Shown: positions 1-14,819 of the stretch, piece by piece
Layout of the letters: the number at the start of each line of letters is the position of its first letter
Position numbering within the stretch: position 1 is the first letter of the stretch
From: the human T2T-CHM13v2.0 reference genome, Homo sapiens
Reading direction: 5' to 3' (one strand)
Length of the DNA stretch: 64,000 bases
Assembly (NCBI RefSeq): GCF_009914755.1
Contig: NC_060925.1
Program-made: the position numbers and the translations under genes
The notes under the pieces: generated by a model
What the model was told of the DNA's origin: nothing
Database searches by the model: none
Seen by the model: only the letters and a program-made list of their open reading frames with translations

Positions 1-391
<391 letters not shown>

Positions 392-1542
392 TAAAAAAGT
401 AATTTTATTAAGGCTAAAATATCAAAAAAATTAACAGAAATGGGATTATCAATGATAAATTATTATGAGGAATTTTATTTTATATAGTAAATTAAAACAA
501 TTTTTTTTTGAAAGAATACTTGCCTAAGTCATAAGACTCTATCTTTGCATAGTGGGGAAAAGAAGCATATTTTATTGTGGCCACAATAAAAGAGATTTAT
601 CATGCACCTCAGAATCATCATATAAAAATGAGATATAGAATCAAAATTCTAAATTTTTTGAAATGACGACAAACTCCAAGCTGTATCTTACATCATAGAA
701 TACACTGAGTTGATGAATACAAACAATTCTAAATGCCAACAGCAAGCACAATCATACTTTAAGTAGTAGCCCAGGCAAATTTTCATTCAATCTACAACAA
801 AAACCCAACACTCTTTTATTAATGAAATCAAGCAATCAAAAATTAAAAATATACATTTAATATCACCCTCAGACACAAACCAAATGAAATTCACTTTAAT
901 AATACACTGAAGTATAAAGAAAAAAACAACATAATTACTGGCAATCAACCAAAGAAAACTATTCTACTCTCTAAGACTTCAGTGGCAAATTCAAGACTAA
1001 TGTGCTAAACCAGATGGAACACAGAATGCCAAGAAAGAGAGCCTCTGAAAGTATAAAATGCAACCAACATACATACAGGTTAAAAAAAATTAAGTTGATG
1101 CATACACTACATACATGCACTCATATACATACATACACTCACATACATACATACATACATACACACACATATGCATTTAAGCTAGTCATATTTTAGAGAA
1201 GAATATCTTGGGAAACGAAATGTATCAGCAAGGATTTTCATCTGAATTCACAAAGAAATATCAAATCTTCCCTACTTGATATTACACTCTTTACAATGAA
1301 ACAAAAATTTTAAAAAAGATAGTGTATTAAGTACGTGCTATGGCCAAGGCACTGAACTAGACATTTTACATATATCAACTTCTTCAATCTCCCACATCTG
1401 GACAATGGAAGAAGGACACTGAACATTCTTGGTAGTAGCCTATTACTTAGAGAAAGTTTATATGCCAGAAAAATACCTATATATTAATTATCACTGTAAA
1501 ATTTTCCACTGCAATTATCTAATAAAACTCAAAAATCAATTA

Positions 1543-1860
1543 CAGTAAGCCCCTCTTATCTGCAAGGGATACAGTCCAAGATCCCCAGTGGATGCCTGAA
1601 ACCGTGGATAGTACCAAACCTTATATATACTGTGTTTTTTCCTATACATACATACCTCTGATAAAGTTTAATTTATTAATAAGGCACAGCATGAGATAAG
1701 CAATGACTAATAACAAAGCAATTATAATATGCTATAATAACAGTTATGTGAATATGGTCTTGTCTCACTCTCTCAAAATATTTTATTGCACTGTACTCAC
1801 CTGTTTTCAGACCACAGTTGACCACAGGTAACTGAAACTGTGGAAAAGCAGGGAGTACTA
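1543..1860 (-). mobile_element. MER44A-like (Tigger7-derived) MITE
   Basis: TA-flanked CAGTA...TACT ends; internal gaccacagttgaccacaggtaactgaaac and gatagtaccaaacc motifs match the remembered consensus. Confidence 0.75.
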
Positions 1861-2566
1861 TATAAACAGTCCCAACTGCAATGCTTCTAAAAAATATCTA
1901 CCAAACTAGGGCAGTCACATCAGGAAAATTTTAGTTTGAGGTACGCATATACTAATAAATATCTGTAGTACATAAAAATCCATATAATTATACAGTTAAA
2001 GGGGTTGTTAAAAACCTACAAAATACAGTTTATTCTATAAAATAAGCAGAAGCACCAACTTAAAAAATTAGCAAAGAAAAAAATACAGATTTATCACAGT
2101 GCCTTGCAAACAGCAGATGTTCCAGAAACATCTGCAGATTTAAAAATCAGATTTTTTGGTAAAAAGCTGAATCTTTATTAAGATTCTTATCAAAATGATC
2201 TCCTTTAGCAGTACTTTAAACATACACTTCTACACATAGAAATATAACAAAGTATAATCAACAAACACTTTTACTACATTCTTCTAAACCCAGGATGTTT
2301 TTCTTCCATGTTTGTATGGTGCCACCAAAATTTCAGAACTCTGATCAATCAAAAGATTTTAGGCAAAAAGCTGAAATCTTTACTGTTTCTTAATACTTGA
2401 AATAGTCTCCAACAGCAGTAAGGCATACTTCAAATATATATTTTTATACACAAAAATACAACAAAGTATAATAAACATTTTTTACTATATTCATATAAGC
2501 CCCATTTTTTATTTTCCCCTTCCCTGTTCGTCTGCATACTGTGGCCAAATGTCAGTACGCTAAATG

Positions 2567-2867
<301 letters not shown>

Positions 2868-3495
2868 TGCTAAATGATTTTTTTTTTAATTCATTGTACT
2901 TATTTAAATGAGACACTAACAGATATGTTTATGTTTTTTAAGCCTCAGAAAAAAGATTCAATGCCAAAGATTATCTATAAAATCCAGGGGTCCACTAGCA
3001 GTGCATAAATTACATTGTCAAATAATTCATCATTCCAAGTGACTAAAACAAACAAATGCTACTATCACATAAAATAGAACATACAATTTTTGGCCTTTTA
3101 AAACTTTAGTATTTTTCCACTCTTGCTTTTGCTTAAGAAATAAATACAACTCTCAGAATCTATAGCCAACATACAATATATAAAACATGGACATAGCCCC
3201 AAGTTTATATTATCAAGTAATTCAGCAGACCTAAAAAGTACTTTGCTCTAGCTAAAAATTTTATCAATTTCCATGATGAGAGCAAGAAGGGTGGATCAAA
3301 GTATGATCTTTCTCTACAAATTTCTATCAGTAGGGTCTCTGAAAGAAGTGAATGCTATTTAATTAATAAATGCCAATCACTCTATTATTTAATATTTTGT
3401 CAATTAATTTAGATTCATACATAAACACATACAAAGAGCAAATGATAAGAATCCATCAAGCTGAAATGCATCGTAACCAAAAACAATTTTCTTAC

Positions 3496-3671
3496 CCAGA
3501 TTTTGCTTTTTCTTCCTCAGCTTCTACCTTTATGTTGAGGGATTCATCTACCCTAGTTGTGTCATCATCTTTGTCATCCAGATTTTCATTGTCTTCTGGT
3601 TTTTTAATGTTAACTTCTTTTTCCTGATCAGAATGTGTAGGTATAGATTCTAATAAATTCTTTTTACTTCC
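3496..3671 (-). CDS. ARID4B: ARID4B exon 16 (176 nt): GSKKNLLESIPTHSDQEKEV...EAEEEKAKS(G)
   Basis: ttctag|GGA ... GG|gtaaga, phase 0/2. Confidence 0.97.
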
Positions 3672-4004
3672 CTAGAAAAAGATCAGAGGAAAGAAACCAA
3701 CAAAAGTAAAAATTTTCAACCTATATCCATGGTTTATCTCTTAGCAACAGGAGGTATCAACCAATTCTAATATTAAAAGTTATAAATTACTTTTAAGAAA
3801 CTCCTGCTACTTTAAAGCTCTAGACAAAAATAGCTAACAGCTATTTTGAAGTTATGATAAAAATTATACAAAAGTAGCACTTAATGAAGAAAATAAACAA
3901 ATAATAAAGAATAATATTATACAATATATTGATTTTGGAACTTTATAGAGGATATGGAAAATATACCAAAGAAAGCAAAAGACAATTAACAATATCTGAT
4001 TTAC

Positions 4005-4248
4005 CAGAGAGGGCTTAATATTTTCTTTTCTTTCAATTTCATCCTCAATAGGCTTTTCTTCTCTTGGTATTATATTCCTCTCCTCCTCCATCTTTATTTC
4101 TTTGATCTCTGTTTCATTTTCCTCCTTAACTTTTATTTCTTTTACATTTTCACACTCCTTACATTGCTTGTTAACAACTTTCTCTGGCAATGCCATCTGA
4201 AATTCAATGTTGGCTGATCTACAGTACTCCTCAAAACCATATAAGTAT
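4005..4248 (-). CDS. ARID4B: ARID4B exon 15 (244 nt): YLYGFEEYCRSANIEFQMALPEK...KENIKPSL
   Basis: ttccag|A ... CTG|gtaaat, phase 2/0; lies within ORF 3864..4286(-). Confidence 0.97.
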
Positions 4249-4479
4249 CTGGAAACATGAAGAGAAATTACATTTGGTGAAAACATTTCAAAATATAACT
4301 ATAGAGTTATTTTTAATGTGTATTCATTTCTTTTGTCTAAACTCTCAGATATTGAGCCATATTAACATTCTAATTTATTCTAGTTCTTTCTAATCTTTTC
4401 AATGCAAAAAAAAAATTTTGTCAAAAAATTCATTTAAAACACTGTGCTCAGAGTCATAACAATAACAGCTATTAAAAGT

Positions 4480-5040
4480 ATTAGTAATAGCATCTATTTT
4501 TTGCACATTTCTTATGTGTGAGGCTGGACTCCTTAGTAAATCTCATTTAGTCACTACAGTAACCCTGGGGCACACAGCAGCATCCTTTTTTTGTTTTTTT
4601 TTGTTTTTTTTTGTTTTTTTGAGACAGCCTTACTCTGTTGCCCAGGCTGAAGTGCAGTGGCGCAATCTCAGCTCACTATAACCTCCGCCTCCTGGGTTCA
4701 AGCAATTCTCCTGCCTCAGCCTCCTGAGTAGCTGGGACTACAGGCGTTAGCCACTATGCTCAGGTAATTTTTGTATTTTTAGTGGAGACAAGGTTTCGCC
4801 ATGCTGGCCAGGCTGGTCTTGAACTCCTGACCTCAAGTGATCTGCCCGCCTCGGCCTCCCAAAGTGCTGAAGTTACAGGCATGAGCCACCGTGCCTGGCC
4901 AAGCATTCCATTTTACAAATGAAGAAACTGAGGCTTAGGAGAATAAATAACTGGCCCTAGGGCATAAACAGTTAATAATTGGCAGAACTAGGATTCAAAT
5001 GTGGATTTACTTGACTTCAGAATATTAGCTTTTTAACCTC
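4480..5040 (-). mobile_element. MIR interrupted by a reverse Alu (4586-4900)
   Basis: MIR core cattttacaaatgaagaaactgaggct resumes after the Alu. Confidence 0.8.
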
Positions 5041-5267
5041 TATGAAGTACTTGACAAATGTACTTAGCCACAAAAACTTTCTTCACAGAATTTCTCATAG
5101 ATCTAGTATCATAGAATACACTTTAGAAAATACTATCATAGAATGACTACTCTAGTAAAATGTTCTGATTTCTTTAAAGAAATAATTAACCTCAGTTATA
5201 AGGTAAATTTCATCCTGCTTTCTAGATAAAAATACTGAAGATAATCATATCAATTATACTAACTTAC

Positions 5268-5365
5268 TTTTTATAAGCACATTTAACATTGTATCCTGCA
5301 GCTGAATTTAAGACAGGGATTCCAAGATCTTGGTAGACTTGTTTCCAAACAGCTCCACTTTCAAT
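5268..5365 (-). CDS. ARID4B: ARID4B exon 14 (98 nt): [32 protein letters not shown](K), ARID domain
   Basis: cattag|ATT ... AA|gtaagt, phase 0/2; ARID WxxVxxxLG motif. Confidence 0.98.
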
Positions 5366-5587
5366 CTAATGGACAAAGTGAAACAAAAACTCTCAAATTA
5401 AAAGGTGTTAATATAATAACATTTTGATAGACACAGTATATATGAGTATATTTTTATATTTATTGGTCCTAGACTCAAAAGAATTTTTAAAAACTTGATA
5501 AATTCTAAATTTGGTTTAAAAATAAAGGTTTTAGTACTCTAACAAATATCAGAAAATTATAAATGTTGAAATATTAAGTCATTTGAC

Positions 5588-5589
<2 letters not shown>

Positions 5590-5627
<38 letters not shown>

Positions 5628-5917
5628 GAGACAGGATCTTATTCTATTGCCTAGGCTAAAGTGCAGCAACAGTGGCACAAACACAGCTCACTGCAGCCCT
5701 GAACTTCCGGGCTCAAGGGATCTTCCTGACTCAACAACCCAAGTAGCTGGGACTATAGATGCACACCACCACACCTGGCTAATTAAAAAATTTTTTTTGT
5801 GGAGATGGAGTCTCACCATGTTGCCCAGGCGGGTCTCAAAGTCCTGGGCTCCAGCAATCCCCTGGCCTTAGCCTCCCAAAGTGCTGAGATTACAGGCATG
5901 AGTCACCATAACTGGCC
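5590..5917 (-). mobile_element. Alu (AluJ-like) with T37 tail
   Basis: Reverse Alu, catttgact TSD. Confidence 0.93.
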
Positions 5918-6384
5918 CCATTTGACTTTTAAATAAACCCAGTTATGGAAAATGGAAAAATATTCAGGCTCTTAAATCAAAATTTTTAACAAAGAAATGG
6001 AGACAAACATTTTTAAAGGATTTATTATTTCGCATAAAATATACAGGCTAATAAATGCAGTTCTGCAGAAATTTGTAAAGTATTTTATTCCATAGAATAT
6101 TCTCAATTGGATAAGTATCGTACATCACGTCAACCTTAAAATAATTTCTTCAGATCAGTTCAACAAACATTTCCTGCTTTAATCCCTTTATATTCTGAAA
6201 GGGATTAAGAATATACAGAATATTAAGACAGATCCCTGCTCTTAAGGAGCATACTGTCTAATGAAAAAGAGACACAGGAAGGATTTCCACCAATATGGCT
6301 GTGCTGTGACTCAGATAAAAAAAGAAGGTTTATGAAAGATTGACCAATTTAACAGTAATCAGAAAGCTGATATGAAAAAAAATC

Positions 6385-6688
6385 TTTTTTTTTTTTTTTT
6401 TGAGACAGAGTCTCATTCTGTCACGCAGGCTGGAATGCAGTCCAGCGGTGCAATCTTGGTTCACTGTAATCTCTGTCTCCTGGGTTCAAGCGATTCTCGT
6501 GCCTCAGCCTGCCATGTAGCTGGGATTACAAGCGTGCGTCACCACGTCTGGCTGATTTTTGTATTCTTTGTAGAGATGGGGTTTTGCTATGTTGGCCAGG
6601 CTGTTCTTGAACTCCTGGCCTAAAGTGATCTACCCGCCTCAGCCTCCCAAAGTGTTGGGGTTGCAGGCATGAGCCACCATGTCTGGCC
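6385..6688 (-). mobile_element. Alu (AluS-like)
   Basis: Reverse Alu, aaaaaatcttt TSD. Confidence 0.93.
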
Positions 6689-6871
6689 TAAAAAATCTTT
6701 AAAATTTAAATTTTGTCTGAGGAGGCTAGCTGTACTTTCCACTTTATCTTCTTCTTAGGTTTTTACTGAAAAACTTTGTTTTGTTGTTTAGAAAAACAAT
6801 TTCAGAGATGGCAGATACCTGAGAAAACATGTTACATGAAAAAGATGTTTCAGTTTGACTACAACACTCAC

Positions 6872-6966
6872 ATTATCAAATCCTCCAAGTTTGTGTACAA
6901 GTCTGAATAACTTAAAGAGATTCAAATTTCGATATCCAAGTACAGGTCGTTTGTTAATAGGTGTAC
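6872..6966 (-). CDS. ARID4B: ARID4B exon 13 (95 nt): (G)[35 protein letters not shown] domain
   Basis: taacag|GT ... AAT|gtgagt, phase 1/0; ARID LxLxxLxxxVxxxGG motif. Confidence 0.98.
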
Positions 6967-8410
6967 CTGTTACAGAAAACACAAACTATATTAGATCCAC
7001 ACTACATTTTTAATTTAAAATTTCAAAAGATTCAAATAATACAAGTATTTATAGTATTTTATATATATATACACGTATATATATATATACACGTATATAT
7101 ATGTGTGTGTATATATACATATATATGTATATATATATATGAGAAATTATCTTGTTAATCAAAGACATGGTATCTACACATAAATAAGCCCATGGCCACT
7201 TTAAAATTTTTTAAATTTTAAAAACCATAACCAGATTCTTGAAACCTTTTATTTTCATTCTACTTTCTTCCCTCTGCTGAGGGAAGAAATACTAGATAAC
7301 TGCTTCCCAATAAGAGTTACTTTTATGGCATTTTCTTTGTATTTTACCAATTTACTACTACTCTAAATAATGATTCTATAGTAAAGCTACATTTTTTTTT
7401 TTTTTTTTCATTCTAACACAAGAAAACGCAAGGCAAGGATGCTAAATCAAACAAACCATGAGAAAGTGGTAGAGGAGGTAACAGGGTAGGGGTACAATGC
7501 CTCATATGGCCATTTCTACAAAATATATGACTGGCTTAATCATATTTTTTCATTCTTTTCTAGTATTAGATTTTATTCATTTTCTTTGCTTTTTCATTTA
7601 TCTTATACAAGAGCCTATGAAACAGCATACTTCTTAGGCCAACCCTCCATTCATGTAAAGAAATAATACAAGAATCAAAGACATTTTATATTGAAAAAGA
7701 AAATATACTTATATTGTGTTAGGCGTTGTTATCATTTATGAAAACTAAACATGACAAACAGAGTCAGTTTCTACTCATCAGCATTACAATCAGGGATTTA
7801 GAAAACGTTCAATTCCCAGAGTATTGTGGTGTTTCCAAACACTAATCATTCATTTTGCCCTTCCCTTCCAGCTAGAAAGCCTCTCCTTACTCCCTTACAA
7901 GCATCTTCCCAGAAAAGAAGAAAGTAGACTCTGACCAAGAAGATAAGCTAGAGAATAACAGTGTTGAGGTTACGGAAGGATTAGTTCATTACCCTAAGTT
8001 ATTCTTCTTCCTTCAATCCTTCCGTGGCCTTAGCAGCTTCTGGCAGATTAAATAAGCTGAGCCAAGGCTCACTTTTGAGACTTTGTCACACTTCTTTATC
8101 TATTTCTGGCTTAATTCCCATTTTGCTACTGTTCTTTAGGGACCCATGGATAGGTAAAGGGATTGGCAGGACAGGGTAATAAGTGCATTTATGTGTCCAT
8201 AGCCACAATATCTGTCAAAATGCTATCAAATTCCTCATTATACTTGTTACGTGACAGGCGCTATGCTAGGTGCTGGTGATATCAGAGTCAAAAAGACAGC
8301 CATAATTACTGATGACATAAAGTTCAGTAAACAAAATTCTATTCTTATTTTTAAGATACTAATTATCTGTCCAAAACTTACCACGTTAATGATAAATAAA
8401 AAATACTCAC

Positions 8411-8483
8411 CTCTATCTTCCATAAATTTGTACAATTGCTGAAGAAAGTTCTCCCTTTCTTCTGGAAATGGTTCTATTTCTTC
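8411..8483 (-). CDS. ARID4B: ARID4B exon 12 (73 nt): EEIEPFPEERENFLQQLYKFMEDR(G), start of ARID domain
   Basis: aattag|GAA ... GAG|gtgagt, phase 0/1. Confidence 0.97.
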
Positions 8484-10047
8484 CTAATTTTAATCACAGA
8501 AGAATATTATTTTCTTCAATTAAGCATTTTAATAAAACAAGCAGATTTCTTACCAATAGCAAAGACTAGTGTTCATTAAAATACTTCAAAGGCTTTTTAC
8601 GTAATCAAAGTTACTCTTTTAACACTAAGCTGTTCAAAACCAGGTAAGTCTAGACATTTTATGTTTTATAGAGGAATATGCCTTAAAAAGTATCCCAATA
8701 GTTAGAATCCCCACAGTAAAAATTCCCATATGAGAAAAGGGACTAGCAAGACTGTTCGTGGTTTTGTTTTGTTTTGTTTTGTTTTTTTTACCATATGAGA
8801 GAGCTATTTTTCAAATCAGGATCACAGGTTCAAGAATACCTACTCTCAACTTATGCGAAACTGGATCAGAGTTAAACATCAAAACTAATTCTATTATTGC
8901 TCCTCAAGGTACTATAAAAGTATGGGTCCCATTAGCTGACTGCAAGTATCCTTCATTTTATGCAGCCCCACTGTATATACTTCAAGCTTACATAATCAGT
9001 AAAGTGGGGAACAAATTTGATCTACAATACCTGAAGATTCAGACTTAGGGAAATCTTCAAGTAATAAAATAGTTCCCCAATTTATCAATTACAAGGGAAG
9101 GACTAGCTTCTTGCTGCTGTGGCCAAGGGCTGTGGCAGCAGGGAGCTGGTCCTGAAGCAACCTGCAAGGAGCAGGGTAGTAGGTTAAGATTGAGGAACTC
9201 ACCAATTCAATGACTTTCATCCATTCAACAAACACTTGAGCACCTGTAAGTGTAGGTACTATGCCAGGTGCTGAATCAAATAAAAGAAAAAATAGGCTAT
9301 GGAGCCTACTGTTACAGAACATGATTAGGAGTAACTGCAGAGAAAATGATTCCAAATATACAGCTAGGCTTTACAGTTACTCTGGCTTAAATATACAGAT
9401 TTGTAACAGTAAAAGTTAGGATATTCAACTGGTAATCTAAATAAATAAAAACATAGCATTTTTCAATTTGGAAAATCATGTGCCTAATGCCACTGCTTTA
9501 GCGAGATTGTCTTTTTAATTTAAAAGCTAGTACAACAAAGAAAGGTAATTTTTTTTTTAAAGCCTATGTTGATCAACTATTAGGTTTTCTAATTGGGCAG
9601 AGAAAAATAAATGACAACCATTAATTTGCTAATGATGAATCTGTATTTCTCAATTTAAACACACTCCATACATTCAGGTTTTGGTAAGGTGATCAAATAC
9701 AAATCTAAGGACATCTATTTTCTAGATGTTATCTTAAATGTTCCCATGGTACAATATTTAACTTTAATAAACAGCACAATTTTTCCTATTCCAAAAACAT
9801 TTAAGGTAAGCTTTTAACTCAAGAAAATGTTTACACTACACTACAGATTTGCTTTTACAAAAACACTTGTGAAAACACTAAGCACCAAAAGGTTTGGTAG
9901 CTATTTATCATCTGTTATATTTTACACACTATGACAGACACTTTAAGTATGAATACGAGTAAGACAGCATTCCTAACTTTAAGGAACTTACAAATTCGTG
10001 GGGAAGAAAAAATAGACAATAAATATAAATGACAAAAATATGTATAA

Positions 10048-10675
<628 letters not shown>

Positions 10676-11396
10676 AGGAGCAGTAGTAGTTTAGACTAGC
10701 AAATGAACTGGTGCTTTCCTGAGGTGAGGGAGGTGATGGTTCACAGGTTTCTCTTTAGAGAGATGGCACCTAAGTAGGGTTCTGAAAATTGAACAGGAAT
10801 GTACCATGCTGACTAAGGAAGGAGGGGAGGAAAAGGTGGTGCCTACAGAGGTACTAGCATATGCAAAGGTGAGTAGCAGCAACATATGTAATTTGACATT
10901 GCTATAGCATAAAGTTCAAGGGGGAGGACACAGAAAGGGAAATGATGAGAAAAAATTGAGGCAGGAATTGGACTATAAAGGAGATTCTATATGAAAGCTT
11001 AACTTTTACAGTGACAAAAAGCTACTCAGGAGGTTTTTAGCAGCAAGGGAATGATTGCTGATTTTAGCAATTTAAATAGAAAGCAGTCAGGGAGAAGACT
11101 GAAGCAGGGAAATTTCTACATTATACATTGTCATTACAGATCACTACACCCTAAAATATAACCTCCAAAACAATCTCATTTCATTAATACTTTACTACAG
11201 TTAAAAGGCAGAATTTCATAACTTACCTAAAGTATTACATACTGACCAATTAATTTACTAAACACATTAAATACATTTCATTTCATGGTCAAATATAGCA
11301 GCCTTCACTATCTGCACCACTCATTAACTTTTACGAGGCTGTTCAGCAAACCATTAAAGAGTACCTTGTCACTGCCAGATCTAAAGCTCCAGGTAA

Positions 11397-12653
<1,257 letters not shown>

Positions 12654-12938
12654 GGTGGATACTTTCTTAATCATCTCATTAAAAAAAGCATAGGAAGACT
12701 AAGACATGTTTTTGAGGTTATTAGGAAAATCAGGCTTAATATTTTCTATTTCACAAGATCATATATCTAAAGTAACCAAGTAAACTATCTGATTATGAGG
12801 ATCTCAAATACAAGATTATGAAATATTTCTCATACTAAAAATACTTATATGAGTAATGACTTAATGCCAAATCCTAACCCACAAGGGAAACCCAACTGTT
12901 ATTTATAATTTTAAAAGGTATCAACTGTTTTCACTTAC

Positions 12939-13093
12939 TTCTTCTTCACTGCTATTATCCTCCTTTTCTTTTTCATCATCTTCCTCCTCCTCTTCTTCCT
13001 CTGCTTCACTGCTAGAGCTATCTTCTTTCAATTCAGTCTTCCAGTTAGCAGGAATAGTTCTACTTTTGTGAAATTCAAGTGCCTGTTCAAAGG
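12939..13093 (-). CDS. ARID4B: ARID4B exon 11 (155 nt): FEQALEFHKSRTIPANWKTELKEDSSSSEAEEEEEEEDDEKEKEDNSSEEE
   Basis: ttccag|CC ... GAA|gtaagt, phase 1/0; acidic tract. Confidence 0.97.
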
Positions 13094-13842
13094 CTGGAAA
13101 CAGACCACAAGGTACATGAACTGAAGAAATTAAGACAATTGTTTTCTCAAAAAGTATTAAACACGATAAAGAAATAAAAACTACTGTGCTAATACCACTG
13201 ACATTTATTGTTTGCTATGTACCAGAAACTGTGTTAAGTGCTTTTAAATGTAGCAATATATTTAATCCTATCCATCCTATGCATTAGGTAGTCATTTTAT
13301 AGATGGCAAAACTGCCACCATTGGAAGATTACTTAAGTTTAAATAAATAAAAGAACAGCAGTTTTATTCTTTTAAACAAAGATTAAGCTTCACTAGTAAA
13401 AACCTTTAATACAGGAAATCATGTAATATCTTATGCAACAAACAATTATCAAACAGTATTAATACCAGGCACAGAGCCATTAAAATAAATATACAATACC
13501 TGAAAACTGACCACACATGATTTTTACATTTTCAGTTGAACTTCAATTAAAACTATGGTAACAATTACCTTCAACTAAAATTAGCTAGACACAATTATTC
13601 TCATTTTATAATATATGGGAATAAATTATATACCAAAAAATCTTGATGATTTTAACCAATCTACATAGCATATTACTGAATTCAAGGAATAAGGGCAAAG
13701 AGAAGACAACTATTTACAGTGCCAAAAATCAAGTGACAGATGCAATTACCACATATTCCTCAAATAAAACTACTGGAGCCTTGTGGTTAAGGATGTACAT
13801 TCATTAGTGAGAAATACCAAACCAAAATTACTTTGATTCCTC

Positions 13843-14722
<880 letters not shown>

Positions 14723-14819
14723 TTAAAGAAAAATTTTAAAGAGCAAAGAAAAATTTAATCTTCAAAAACACTTTAGCAGTTTTTACAGTACTTGTAATTT
14801 ATTCCAAGATTATCCTTAC

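Noticed and set aside
7750-7790. Minimal hammerhead-like CTGATGAgtaGAAAC on the - strand
   Set aside because: There is no stem II and no usable stem I next to a cleavage triplet
7947-8093. H/ACA snoRNA-like layout (hairpin, AGATTA, small hairpin, ACA)
   Set aside because: The hairpins are very unequal (about 98 versus 20 nt), there is no clear pseudouridylation pocket, and it is antisense to the host gene; only the first hairpin is kept as a finding
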